Below the pieces are notes generated by a model. That model had not been told where the DNA came from. It did no database searches and saw only the letters and a list, made by a program, of their open reading frames with translations. Both the position numbers and the translations under genes were made by a program. From Bacillota bacterium (lineage in GTDB: Bacteria > Bacillota > Ch66 > Ch109): a DNA stretch of 64,000 nucleotides. The stretch lies in NCBI GenBank assembly GCA_050952625.1, contig JBMNLH010000001.1, positions 416,001 through 480,000 of the forward strand. Reading direction: 5' to 3'. Below, piece by piece: positions 55,060 through 64,000 of the stretch. Position 1 is the first letter of the stretch. Each line of letters starts with the position of its first letter.

Positions 55060-55341
55060 CGCATTGGATAAAAATCAATTTATTGTAAGATGCCTAAATG
55101 GTAGCCGGAAAGATCTGAATTGTTGCGAATCAGTTATTACGAGTCATTATTGAAAGAAAGTAAGCTTGCCCAATGATGTGTTTGGCGGCCACATCCTGGG
55201 AAGTTATATGGTTGACTGTAGGGTAAATTTCTAAAGGTGTACTGTTATCCTCCAAGCACTTGTGTAAGCCACCCCAGTATCTCTGGTAAAGGCAAAAACC
55301 TGACCAGGCAGAGTCCCCCAATAAGGGGGATTTTGCATTTT
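55060..55341 (+). ncRNA. Candidate structured non-coding RNA ending in an intrinsic terminator
   Basis: No credible ORF; three apparent hairpins; terminator GCAGAGTCCCCC-AATAA-GGGGGATTTTGC then ATTTTGT. Confidence 0.35.
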
Positions 55342-55523
55342 GTATGCATGCTGAAAAAAGGGTTTATAATGCTAAAAAACGCAGGAATTTTAGACTTTAC
55401 GTCGAATTAAAAACGTTAGTAAAGATACCAAACAAAGGAAAATAACAATAAGGTGGTGAGGTTAAAGTAAAAAATGTATAATGTATCTAGATTATTCCGA
55501 ATATTTAAAAAGCTGGGAGGATT

Positions 55524-56363
55524 GTGATGAAGAGAAATTGGGTTAATAAAGGCATTATCGTACTTATGGTTTTAACTATGCTCCTTTCCTTTACTGTTAC
55601 TGCCTATGCAGAGTATAAAGCAATGGATTTTCTCCTGGATTCACCAGCTGCCATAGTACCGTCGGACAACTCACCAACGATTTTTATTAATGGAGTTCAG
55701 TTAGTTTCTGACCAACCAGCTATAATTGAGAATGATCGAGCTCTTGTTCCTTTAAGAGCAATTTTTGAGGCTTTAGGTCAAGAGGTAGAGTGGGATCCAA
55801 ATGATCAGTCAATCACTTCCGGAGATATTTGGCTGCAAATCAATAACCCTCAGGCAATTGGGCCCAATAATACAATGATTACCCTGGATGTACCGGCGAA
55901 GATTATTAACGATCGGACCTATGTGCCGCTGCGTTTTATTGCTGAGAGTTTGAATAAAAGAGTCGAGTGGGATGGGGTTGCGTACCGGGCGGACATTCTT
56001 GACCAAGCTGACCTTCCCGAATATCAGGTTAATCCACCTGCCGATCCATTTGCTCCGTCCATGGATTTTGAATTAACCGAGGTTGACTACGCAGATGGCC
56101 AACTGATAGCAGCCTGTACCTTCACCAATACCGGGGATGTCTTTATTTCCACTGTTAAGCGAGTAGATGTGGCAGTATTCGCGGTATATGATGATGGAGA
56201 TTCGATAGAGGCCGCAAACACATATTTTACTGATCTTGTCGTAAACATTGGCCCGGGTGAATCCGTTGAGTATACCCTGGAGATTACCGATGTACCAGAG
56301 TATGATGATGCTACCAACTGGGGGCTTGAATTAAGCGGTTGGGAGTTAGAGTACGTTAGTTAG
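55524..56363 (+). CDS. Secreted copper-amine-oxidase N-terminal (stalk) domain protein
   Basis: Signal peptide; DRALVPLRAIFEALG..VEWD, RTYVPLRFIAESL. Confidence 0.85.
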   Translation: MMKRNWVNKGIIVLMVLTMLLSFTVTAYAEYKAMDFLLDSPAAIVPSDNSPTIFINGVQLVSDQPAIIENDRALVPLRAIFEALGQEVEWDPNDQSITSGDIWLQINNPQAIGPNNTMITLDVPAKIINDRTYVPLRFIAESLNKRVEWDGVAYRADILDQADLPEYQVNPPADPFAPSMDFELTEVDYADGQLIAACTFTNTGDVFISTVKRVDVAVFAVYDDGDSIEAANTYFTDLVVNIGPGESVEYTLEITDVPEYDDATNWGLELSGWELEYVS

Positions 56364-56417
56364 TCTTATGGGAAATAAATTGAAAATTGGAATGATAACG
56401 TAATAATTGGTAACATT

Positions 56418-56453
56418 AAATGAAGCCTCCGCCGTCAGTTGGAGGCTTCATTT
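56418..56453. terminator. Intrinsic terminator
   Basis: AAATGAAGCCTCC...GGAGGCTTCATTT. Confidence 0.7.
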
Positions 56454-56583
56454 ATGGCTAGTTCCGATGGTGTCGCATTATCCTAAAACATCCAGCTGTT
56501 TGTTGCAGCTTTGAAACACAAATGAAACAGCTCTGAAATATGTTGTTATTATAATGTATTTACAAGTGCTTTACTTTTGAAGG

Positions 56584-57585
56584 GTGTATAAGGTGCGAAA
56601 ACTTGTAAATACATTATTAATAGTCTGCATAGCTATTTTTGCAACCGTTTATGCAAGTGCCACGGAAATTTTAGATTTGAGTAGTATTTCTCACCTTTCT
56701 GGCATTTTAGAAATGGGTGATGAACAAATGAATATTGAAGAAAAAGCGACATCTGGTGACGCAGGTTCTAAAACGAGAGCAATAGAAGGACCCGACCAGT
56801 CGGTTAAGTCCTCGGTAACTGATCCGGAACAGACTGAGCCAGCCCAACAGACTATGCCTGAACTAGGCTTACCTGATTCTAATTCAAACCCAGATTCAAA
56901 CTTAAACCCGGACTCAAACCTAAACCTAAACTCAAACCCAAACCTAAACCCACCGGTTTCCGATCAACCGGCAGTAGGGTCGGAAAAACCGGCAAGCATT
57001 CAAAAGATTACAAAATATCTAGATCTACTAGTCCTAGTAAATAAAGCCAATATTTTGCCGGCAGATTTTGTTCCGCCCGATTTAGTTAAACCGGATATCC
57101 CTTTTTGTTTTCAAGAGGATTTACCCAAAAAGTATCTGCGTCGAGAAGCAGCCCAGGCTATCAGTCGACTGATTAGTCAGGCCCAAAGGGAAAATATTCA
57201 AATCTATGGTGCTTCTGCCTACCGCTCTTATCAAACCCAAAAAGATATTTTTACCCGTAAAGCGAGAGAGCTAGGTGAAAAAGAAGCCAACCGTTTGAGT
57301 GCCTATCCGGGACAAAGTGAGCACCAAACCGGGCTGGCGATTGATCTAACTAGTTCTCGCGTCGGCTTTAAATTAACCCAGGATTTCGGCTCTACCCCGG
57401 AAGGCAGATGGTTAAGCCAAAATGCCGCTTACTTCGGTTTTATTATCCGCTATCCGGCCGGCAAGGAACACATCACCGGCTATAGTTATGAACCATGGCA
57501 TTTACGATATGTAGGTGTGGAAGCTGCTCAAGTCATCGCTGATAAAAAAATAACCCTGGAGGAATACTTGAGAAACTATCGCTAG
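56584..57585 (+). CDS. M15B D,D-/L,D-carboxypeptidase (VanY/LdcB-like) with Asn-rich linker
   Basis: LVLVNK, SAYRS, PGQSEHQTGLAID, GFIIRYP, YEPWHLRYVG. Confidence 0.9.
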   Translation: MYKVRKLVNTLLIVCIAIFATVYASATEILDLSSISHLSGILEMGDEQMNIEEKATSGDAGSKTRAIEGPDQSVKSSVTDPEQTEPAQQTMPELGLPDSNSNPDSNLNPDSNLNLNSNPNLNPPVSDQPAVGSEKPASIQKITKYLDLLVLVNKANILPADFVPPDLVKPDIPFCFQEDLPKKYLRREAAQAISRLISQAQRENIQIYGASAYRSYQTQKDIFTRKARELGEKEANRLSAYPGQSEHQTGLAIDLTSSRVGFKLTQDFGSTPEGRWLSQNAAYFGFIIRYPAGKEHITGYSYEPWHLRYVGVEAAQVIADKKITLEEYLRNYR

Positions 57586-57627
57586 TTGGAAAGGCTGCCG
57601 ATAGTTGCTACTTTCATTCAGAAGTCC

Positions 57628-57963
57628 TTACTCTTCACCGAATTGGTAACCAAAACCGTAGATTGTGAGGATATAGCGAGGCTGACGCGGGTCTTCCTCC
57701 ACTTTTTGCCGTAATCGAGTAATGTAAATATCTACGGCCCGACTATTGCCGGTGTAATTGTAACCCCAGGCCAGAACAATCAATTCTTCTCGGCTGAGTA
57801 CCTGGCCGGGATGGCGGGCAAGTGCTTCTAATAGCTGGTATTCCCTGGGGGTCAGGGAAATCGGCTCTTCTTTTTTATATACCTTTTTGTTCTTCGAATT
57901 GATGGTTAAATCCTGATATTTGATGATCTGGCTGATATTTGACGTAAAATCAAATTGACGCAA
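57628..57963 (-). CDS. Stand-alone OmpR-type winged-helix protein (no receiver domain)
   Basis: LTPREYQLL..LA..PGQVLSREEL, RAVDIYITRLRQK, GFGYQF. Confidence 0.75.
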   Translation of the reverse strand: MRQFDFTSNISQIIKYQDLTINSKNKKVYKKEEPISLTPREYQLLEALARHPGQVLSREELIVLAWGYNYTGNSRAVDIYITRLRQKVEEDPRQPRYILTIYGFGYQFGEE

Positions 57964-58130
57964 AAGAAGTCACTCCCATATTAAGCTGCTACTTTAGTAT
58001 ATTAGTTTTCCCAAACGGGTTAAAAAATAGATGAAAACTCCTTTTCCGGACAGGCTTAATCAGAAGGCAATTAGAATAGTATAAAACAAATACTATGATA
58101 CAAATACGATCTGGGAAAGGGTGTTTAGGC

Positions 58131-58760
58131 GTGAGTAACTTTCCTGGTAAACCAGTACAGATTATGACTAAGAAGTTGGTCAATCCAAGAAAGAAAACAG
58201 AAATTTTCTACCCAACAATCACCAATCTGGCCGATCCGGCCGGGCAGCAGAGAATGAATAAGGCAATTATCAATAGCGTCTACAAACTCCTGACTGAGCA
58301 GCATTATTATGAGATAGAGAATTGGCATAATATTGACGGTTGGTTTGAACTGAAAACGAATCAGCGAGAGGTGTTGAGCCTAATCAATTACAACTATGCT
58401 TTCCCAGCCCAGTATGCCCATGGGTTAACTTTAGCCGCTTCCTTAACTTTTGATACACAAACCGGGCAAGATTACTCCTTGAGTCAACTATTTAAAGCGC
58501 AAAGTAATTATGTAGCCATCTTATCTGACTTGATTAAACGGCAAATAAGGCAAAGAGAGATCTCGTTAATTAATGAATTTATCGCGATTAAACCAGATCA
58601 GGATTACTATATTGCGGATAAGTGCCTAGTGGTGTATTTTCAAATTTATGAATACACTGCCTATGTTGAGGGATTCCAATTCTTTCCGATCTCAGTTTAT
58701 GAAATTGCCAGTATAATTGAAGAAGAGAGCCCGTTGGGCCGGATGATTCCAGATTATTAG
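58131..58760 (+). CDS. DUF3298/DUF4163 (PdaC/RsiV-like) protein
   Basis: AHGLT..SLTFD..TG..YSLSQLF, VYFQIYE.TAYV.G. Confidence 0.8.
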   Translation: MSNFPGKPVQIMTKKLVNPRKKTEIFYPTITNLADPAGQQRMNKAIINSVYKLLTEQHYYEIENWHNIDGWFELKTNQREVLSLINYNYAFPAQYAHGLTLAASLTFDTQTGQDYSLSQLFKAQSNYVAILSDLIKRQIRQREISLINEFIAIKPDQDYYIADKCLVVYFQIYEYTAYVEGFQFFPISVYEIASIIEEESPLGRMIPDY

Positions 58761-58817
58761 GTTTCAGCCTAAGCCTGACTTAGAAGCTAAGCAACGCGGC
58801 GAGTTAGAAATTTAGGG

Positions 58818-58873
58818 TTGACAATGACCGTTAACTGTGGTTAAATTAATTCCAAACTAGATTGTATACATCT
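58818..58873 (+). promoter_or_regulatory. Sigma-A-like promoter with downstream GntR/FadR-like palindrome
   Basis: TTGACA-18-TAAATT; AGATTGTATACATCT at 58859-58873. Confidence 0.5.
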
Positions 58874-59136
58874 GTTCATTAAATCACTTTAAATCACTTT
58901 AGTAGAGAGTAGGCAGGTCAGAAAGGTTATGCAGGATATGTAGGATGGGAGTTTAGTCTAAGACAAATCAAAAGTAGGATGGTTAGGACGGTAGGAAATA
59001 AGGATGCCACATATTCCCTGGTTTTCCCTGTGCTTTTTTAAGAGGGGAACGGGAAATTTGGCGATTCTTAAAACTCCTAGGGGAGTTTTTTTTATTGTCC
59101 TGATTAGCTGATACCACAGAATTAGGAGGGACAAAA

Positions 59137-60216
59137 ATGAGGGGTTTATTAGGTAAAAGGAAAAAAGTGAGCGGGTTAGGCAAGGCAGTTTTGGTTGTGG
59201 TTGCACTAACGATGTTAGGTGCCTTGGCCGGGTGCGGCGGATCAGCCGGGAATAACGAAGGGCAAGTGGTAGAGCTTAGACTGGCCCATTTCTTCCCCAG
59301 TACTCACCCGGCTGAAGAGGAGCTAATCAAACCCTGGGCAAAAGCGATTGAAGAAGCCACTAACGGCAAGGTACATATAACCAGTTACCCGGGCGAAACC
59401 TTGCTGCCAGCGAATGGGATCTATGACGGCGTAGTTAATGGCATTGCCGATATCGGTTTATCTTGTTTTTCGTACACTAGAGGCCAATTCCCCGTTTTAG
59501 AGGCTTTCGAGCTACCCGGAATCATCTATAAAAACTCAAAGGTGGCCAGTAAAGTCGCTTGGGAAGGCATCCAACAACTTAACCCCAAAGAGGTGCAGAA
59601 CACCAAGTTAATGATGGTCTTGACTACCGGTTCGGGTGACTTATTCACCAAATCACCAGTCCGCAACCTGAACGATTTGCGGGGCTTAGAAGTTAGAGCC
59701 ACTGGATTGAGCGCCAAAACGCTGCAGCAATTAGGGGCGACTCCGGTCGCGATGTCCCAGGCTGAGGCCTATGAAGCTTTATCCAAGGGTGTGGTTAACG
59801 GCAATCTTGGGCCGATCGAGATCTTACAGGGCTGGCGGCAGGCGGAAGTAACTAAGTTTATCACCAAAACCCCGTTCTTATATAACACTCTATTTTTTGT
59901 AACCATGAATCTAGATAAGTGGAATTCCCTGGACCCGGAAACACAGCGGGCCATCGAAACGGTTAATGCCAAGTTTTTTGAAGAGGTCGCAATTGGGTTG
60001 TGGGATAAACAAAACGAAGCAGCTTTAAAATGGGCGACTGAACAAAATGGAATGCAAGTTATCGATTTGACCCCGGCCGAGACCGAGCTTTGGATCAACC
60101 GCGTTAAACCAATCCAGGATGAATTCGTGAATAACCTGAACCAACAAGGATTGAACGGCCAGGAGGCCCTGGACACGGTAAAGCAGTTAGCGGACAAATA
60201 TAACCAGCTTTATTAG
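59137..60216 (+). CDS. dctP: TRAP transporter substrate-binding lipoprotein
   Basis: Lipobox LAGC, DLRGLEVRA, LGATPVAM..AEAYEALSKGVV. Confidence 0.9.
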   Translation: MRGLLGKRKKVSGLGKAVLVVVALTMLGALAGCGGSAGNNEGQVVELRLAHFFPSTHPAEEELIKPWAKAIEEATNGKVHITSYPGETLLPANGIYDGVVNGIADIGLSCFSYTRGQFPVLEAFELPGIIYKNSKVASKVAWEGIQQLNPKEVQNTKLMMVLTTGSGDLFTKSPVRNLNDLRGLEVRATGLSAKTLQQLGATPVAMSQAEAYEALSKGVVNGNLGPIEILQGWRQAEVTKFITKTPFLYNTLFFVTMNLDKWNSLDPETQRAIETVNAKFFEEVAIGLWDKQNEAALKWATEQNGMQVIDLTPAETELWINRVKPIQDEFVNNLNQQGLNGQEALDTVKQLADKYNQLY

Positions 60217-60290
60217 CTCAATAAGACAAACAAGGTTAAAGCCAGTTATTTTGTTATCGCTAATTATGCGGAGAATGGGGAGGGTTAAGC

Positions 60291-60845
60291 ATGAAAAAAA
60301 TTATTCAAATGATAGCTGGGATAAGTCGTCAACTGGATATATTGGCCGGCATATGTCTGACGGGCGTAATGGTTTTGGTGGTTGCCAACATTTTGATGCG
60401 CTCACTTTTCAATCAGCCTATTTTAGGGACTTACGATGTGGTTGGTTTATTAACGGCCCTGGGGATTGGTTTCGCCCTGGCTAATTGTGCGATCTTAAAT
60501 GGTCACATTGCGGTGGATTTTGTCGTAGACCGTTTGCCGATTAAGCTCCAGGTACCGGTTGATATCTTGGTCGACCTAATCGGGTTCGGGTTTTGGGGTT
60601 TGGCGGCCTGGCATGTTGGGGCATATGCGAAGGTGCTGGCCACCAACGGGGTTGTCTCGGCCACGGCCCAAATCCCCCTGTATCCGATCGTTTACCTGAT
60701 TGCTTTCAGTCTAGCGGGGCTTTCCCTGGTTCTGCTGGCCAGGTTAATTAATTCACTGGCTAAGGCTGTTGCCGGGGTATCGATGGAAAAACTCGCTTGG
60801 TCAGTTGAATTATCAGATGACTCAGCAAGGAAGGCGGTCAGATGA
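60291..60845 (+). CDS. dctQ: TRAP transporter small permease
   Basis: 4 TM helices, GHIAVDF motif. Confidence 0.9.
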   Translation: MKKIIQMIAGISRQLDILAGICLTGVMVLVVANILMRSLFNQPILGTYDVVGLLTALGIGFALANCAILNGHIAVDFVVDRLPIKLQVPVDILVDLIGFGFWGLAAWHVGAYAKVLATNGVVSATAQIPLYPIVYLIAFSLAGLSLVLLARLINSLAKAVAGVSMEKLAWSVELSDDSARKAVR

Positions 60846-62146
60846 GTTCATTATTCATAGGGATTATTGGCTTGGCTGTCTTTTTCATCCTGATCATGCT
60901 GCGAATGCCGATTGCTTACGCTATGGCCTTGGTCGGTTTTGTCGGATTTAGCTTGCTGACTTCAATTTCAGTCGGTTTTAACATGGTGGCTAAGGAAATT
61001 TTCAACACTTTCTCTTCTTATTCGTTGAGTGTGATCGCGATGTTTGTTTGGATGGGATTTCTGGCCTATTACTCGGGAATTGGGGCTCGTCTCTTTAATT
61101 TGGCCTATAAATTGGTGGGTCATATTCCAGGCGGACTGGCTATCGCGACCCAGGCAGCCTGTGCTATCTTTGGGGCTGTTTGTGGCTCTAATACCGCTAC
61201 CGCCGCTACGATGGGGGCTGTTGCCCTGCCTGAGATGCAGAAATACAAATACGATACCTCTCTGGCCACCGCCAGTATTGCGGCCGGGGGAGTGTTAGGG
61301 GTTTTAATTCCGCCCAGCGTTATCTTTATCGTTTACGGTATGGCTACTGAGCAGTCAATTGGTAAACTGTTCATGGCCGGCATTATTCCTGGACTCTTAC
61401 TGATGGCTGCCTATATGCTAACCATCTATCTGCTTACCCGGCGCCGGCCGGAGTTGGGTCCTGCTGGGCCAAAATCTAGCTGGCGAGAACGATTGGCGGC
61501 CCTGAAGGGCGGGATATTAGAAGTATTGATTGTTTTTTGCCTATCAATTGGTGGTCTTTTCAAGGGCTGGTTTACGCCAACAGAAGCTGGCGCGGTCGGG
61601 GCAGCGGGCGTCTTGCTCGTCACTCTCTTAGGCAAACAACTTAACTGGGAAAAATTTAAGGGTTCGCTTTTTGATACTACCCGGACTACGGCAATGATCA
61701 TGTTAATCATTGCCGGGGCGATGATCTTTGGCCGTTTTATGGCGATCAGCCGACTACCCTTTGAACTGGCCTCTTGGACCGAGACCTTGACTTTACCGCC
61801 CTTCGCCATCATGGGCTTTATCTTGCTGATTTGTTTAGTCTTGGGCTGTTTCATTGACGTGTTAGCTCTGGTGCTATTAACGGTACCGATCTTCTACCCT
61901 ATCGTGGTTAGTAATCTCGGCTATGATCCGATCTGGTTTGGTGTCATTGTAACCCTGGTGGTTGGGATGGGGGTGATTACCCCTCCAGTGGGGATGAATG
62001 TCTATATAATTAAGGGAATAGCTCCAGATGTCCCCCTGGAAGTAATCTTTAAAGGCATTTGGCCGTTTTTAGTTGCCTTGATCGTGTGCGTGATTATCCT
62101 GATTATTTTTCCACAGCTTGCAACCTTTCTGCCCAATATTTTTTGA
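60842..62146 (+). CDS. dctM: TRAP transporter large permease
   Basis: GVLIPPS, LFMAGIIPG, FTPTEAG, DPIWFG, ITPPVGMN. Confidence 0.93.
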   Translation: MSSLFIGIIGLAVFFILIMLRMPIAYAMALVGFVGFSLLTSISVGFNMVAKEIFNTFSSYSLSVIAMFVWMGFLAYYSGIGARLFNLAYKLVGHIPGGLAIATQAACAIFGAVCGSNTATAATMGAVALPEMQKYKYDTSLATASIAAGGVLGVLIPPSVIFIVYGMATEQSIGKLFMAGIIPGLLLMAAYMLTIYLLTRRRPELGPAGPKSSWRERLAALKGGILEVLIVFCLSIGGLFKGWFTPTEAGAVGAAGVLLVTLLGKQLNWEKFKGSLFDTTRTTAMIMLIIAGAMIFGRFMAISRLPFELASWTETLTLPPFAIMGFILLICLVLGCFIDVLALVLLTVPIFYPIVVSNLGYDPIWFGVIVTLVVGMGVITPPVGMNVYIIKGIAPDVPLEVIFKGIWPFLVALIVCVIILIIFPQLATFLPNIF

Positions 62147-62205
62147 ATATAAGCAATTAATGCTTGGGATGGTATTAAAGTTAGGGTCATTTCAAGTATG
62201 CTTTT

Positions 62206-62240
62206 AAAGCTGCCGGTTCGAGACCGGCAGCTTTATTTTT
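62206..62240 (+). terminator. Intrinsic terminator of TRAP operon
   Basis: AAAGCTGCCGGT-TCGAG-ACCGGCAGCTTT then ATTTTT. Confidence 0.8.
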
Positions 62241-62324
62241 AGGCTTGTCGGTTCTTAACGCACCAACGAAATGCCAATAGCATACCATATTATGTAGTAA
62301 TTTCCTGTACAAGGGGGCGCAGCG

Positions 62325-62513
62325 ATGGACCAAATCTTAACACAATTAGCGGTTCTTCATTCAGAAGTGAAGTGGTTAAAGGATCAGGAAGTAAGACTAT
62401 CAAACCGAATTGATGAAGTCAATAAAAAAGTAGACTGTTTGAAGACCTGGATAATGGGGGTGATGGCTGGAGTTATAATTTCAATCTTAACCCAAGTTAC
62501 AAATTTTCAATAA
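62325..62513 (+). CDS. Small coiled-coil + C-terminal TM protein (XhlA-like architecture)
   Basis: AAGGGGG SD; sigma-K-like promoter CACC-16-CATACCATA at 62261-62289. Confidence 0.65.
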   Translation: MDQILTQLAVLHSEVKWLKDQEVRLSNRIDEVNKKVDCLKTWIMGVMAGVIISILTQVTNFQ

Positions 62514-62774
62514 TACTATCATTAATTAAAACTAAGACGTTATGCCCTTATTGGTGGTCTGGCAGATCTCCGAAGGGCATTTTTATTAAGATAAATTAAT
62601 ACTAAGTTTTTAGGTATGATTGAAAACAAAAAAGAGTATAGTATATTTTAAAAGATTACCTTTAAGATATTTAAGGTAAAATATTAAAAATATTAAAAAA
62701 CAATTTGAAAAAAGAAGGCCCCTGACGGGGCCTAGGTAAAACAACATGAACAAAGGCCTAGAAAACCTTCCGGG

Positions 62775-62999
62775 CTAAAATCGGGGAAAGCGTCTTCTTC
62801 GCCTGCGGAAGAACCGCCTTCTGAAAAAGAAGGGTGGGAAAAAGAAAATCGGTCTACCAAAAAAGGGTGGAAAGAAAAATGGGTTACCATCCGGATTACC
62901 ATTCGGATTTGAATCCGGATCTGAGTAATAGTCATCATCATAGTCATCATCATAGTCACACGGAGGGTATGTCGGATACATTCGATGACGTGGGCTCAT
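62775..62999 (-). CDS. Low-complexity Asp/Tyr-Phe/Pro-Arg protein, probable spore coat protein
   Basis: AGGGAGG SD before ATG 62999; sigma-K-like promoter 63030-63058. Confidence 0.65.
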   Translation of the reverse strand: MSPRHRMYPTYPPCDYDDDYDDDYYSDPDSNPNGNPDGNPFFFPPFFGRPIFFFPPFFFRRRFFRRRRRRFPRF

Positions 63000-63203
63000 G
63001 GTAAAAACCTCCCTAATTAATTGATAATACATATTATGTACGTTAATTGGCATTGGTTCCACAATAAGGTAATAGGTTTGAGCTTTTTAAGAGAATTATT
63101 GTATGATTATATTGTTATCGATGCTTGTGCCCTGCAGGCATGAGCATTTACAATAAAGAGGGTAAAAAAGAAGAAGAATAAAAAATAAAGAAGGTTAAAA
63201 ACA

Positions 63204-63386
63204 ATGAATAAAAAAAATTACTATGCTGGCGTGGGAATTGCCATTGGGACAGCTGTGGCTGGTGCTATATTGATGCCTATCTATGTCCAAACCGGAAACG
63301 CTGTCTTTATCGCCTTTATCGGAGTCGGTACCATTGTGGGTTTGATAATCGGGTCCGGAATGGATAGGCAGAACAACGATAAATAA
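63204..63386 (+). CDS. Small two-TM membrane protein
   Basis: Gly-rich hydrophobic hairpin, 60 aa. Confidence 0.6.
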   Translation: MNKKNYYAGVGIAIGTAVAGAILMPIYVQTGNAVFIAFIGVGTIVGLIIGSGMDRQNNDK

Positions 63387-63424
63387 CGAATTGTCAAAAA
63401 CTCAGTTAGATTGAAGGTGCAAGC

Positions 63425-63826
63425 ATGAACTTACATAAACTTACAGTCAAAACCAGCCGGCGAACTGAAATGATCGACCTTACTTCCGAGATAGAGGCAG
63501 TTGTTGCCCAAAGCGGAGTAGAGGAGGGCCTTTGTTGTGTTTACGTACCTCACACGACTGCCGGTGTTACGATCAATGAAAACGCGGATCCTACAGTTTG
63601 CAGGGATATTGAAACAGTGCTAGAGACCCTTATACCTTGGAATGGTCCCTACACTCACTCCGAAGGCAATTCTGCAGCCCACCTCAAGTCTTCACTAATG
63701 GGCTGCTCTCAGACTTTGATTATCGAAAAGGGGCGATTAGCCTTGGGGACTTGGCAGGGAGTTTATCTGGCCGAGTTCGATGGTCCCCGGCAACGACAGG
63801 TCTGGGTAAAGATCTTAGAGGGCTAG
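63425..63826 (+). CDS. yjbQ: YjbQ/UPF0047 family protein
   Basis: PHTTAGVTINENADP, HSEGNSAAHLKS, LGTWQG..EFDGPR. Confidence 0.92.
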   Translation: MNLHKLTVKTSRRTEMIDLTSEIEAVVAQSGVEEGLCCVYVPHTTAGVTINENADPTVCRDIETVLETLIPWNGPYTHSEGNSAAHLKSSLMGCSQTLIIEKGRLALGTWQGVYLAEFDGPRQRQVWVKILEG

Positions 63827-64000
63827 CGGTTGTTCGCTGGTCATTCCCGGCTATGATGTGCCACAATAATATCCACACGGAAGACGGTGTCAGAATCAAT
63901 GATGGAGAAGAATAAGGTCTAACATACGCGGTACTCCACACCTCATCAAATGATTTCCGCCCCTTTCAGTCAAACAGTCAAGTTCACTTGAAAAATTTAC

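Noticed and set aside
56870-56955. Asn-Pro/Leu hexamer repeats in the M15B peptidase
   Set aside because: Ordinary low-complexity linker between the anchor and the catalytic domain.

Overview
Chromosomal window from an endospore-forming Firmicute (Clostridia, probably Peptococcaceae-like; inferred from 16S features, sigma-K/sigma-54 promoters and GerMN/LysM genes). From left to right it carries an ABC-export operon, an HMG-CoA-lyase-family enzyme, gene remnants and an MNT-HEPN toxin-antitoxin pair. Next comes a decayed AT-rich phage-satellite-like island with a frameshifted type IC restriction-modification system and IS debris (about 9.4-21.5 kb), then a complete tRNA-less rRNA operon (23.0-28.9 kb). 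The rest is housekeeping and sporulation genes: 6xLysM protein, hisF, a two-component system, cysK, a glucan/trehalose cluster, an acyl-CoA synthetase, a sigma-54 activator locus and a TRAP transporter. The most unusual part is the rRNA operon, which has three hairpin-bounded intervening sequences. (1) A 307-nt insert at the tip of 23S helix 68 encodes an intact 84-aa GIY-YIG nuclease inside a 24-bp stem and has no intron core. (2) A helix-45 IVS carries a truncated four-helix-bundle (IVS protein) ORF. (3) An ORF-less 16S helix-6 IVS has heptamer-repeat arms with segments identical to those of the helix-45 IVS. The ITS also contains a copy of a dispersed IS200/IS605-like miniature element. Other unannotated signals are two paralogous Cys-rich micropeptides, a sigma-54 promoter apparently driving an ORF-less structured RNA, and an AGGA-repeat leader upstream of the TRAP operon. 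All family calls come from motif recognition by eye; no database searches were run.
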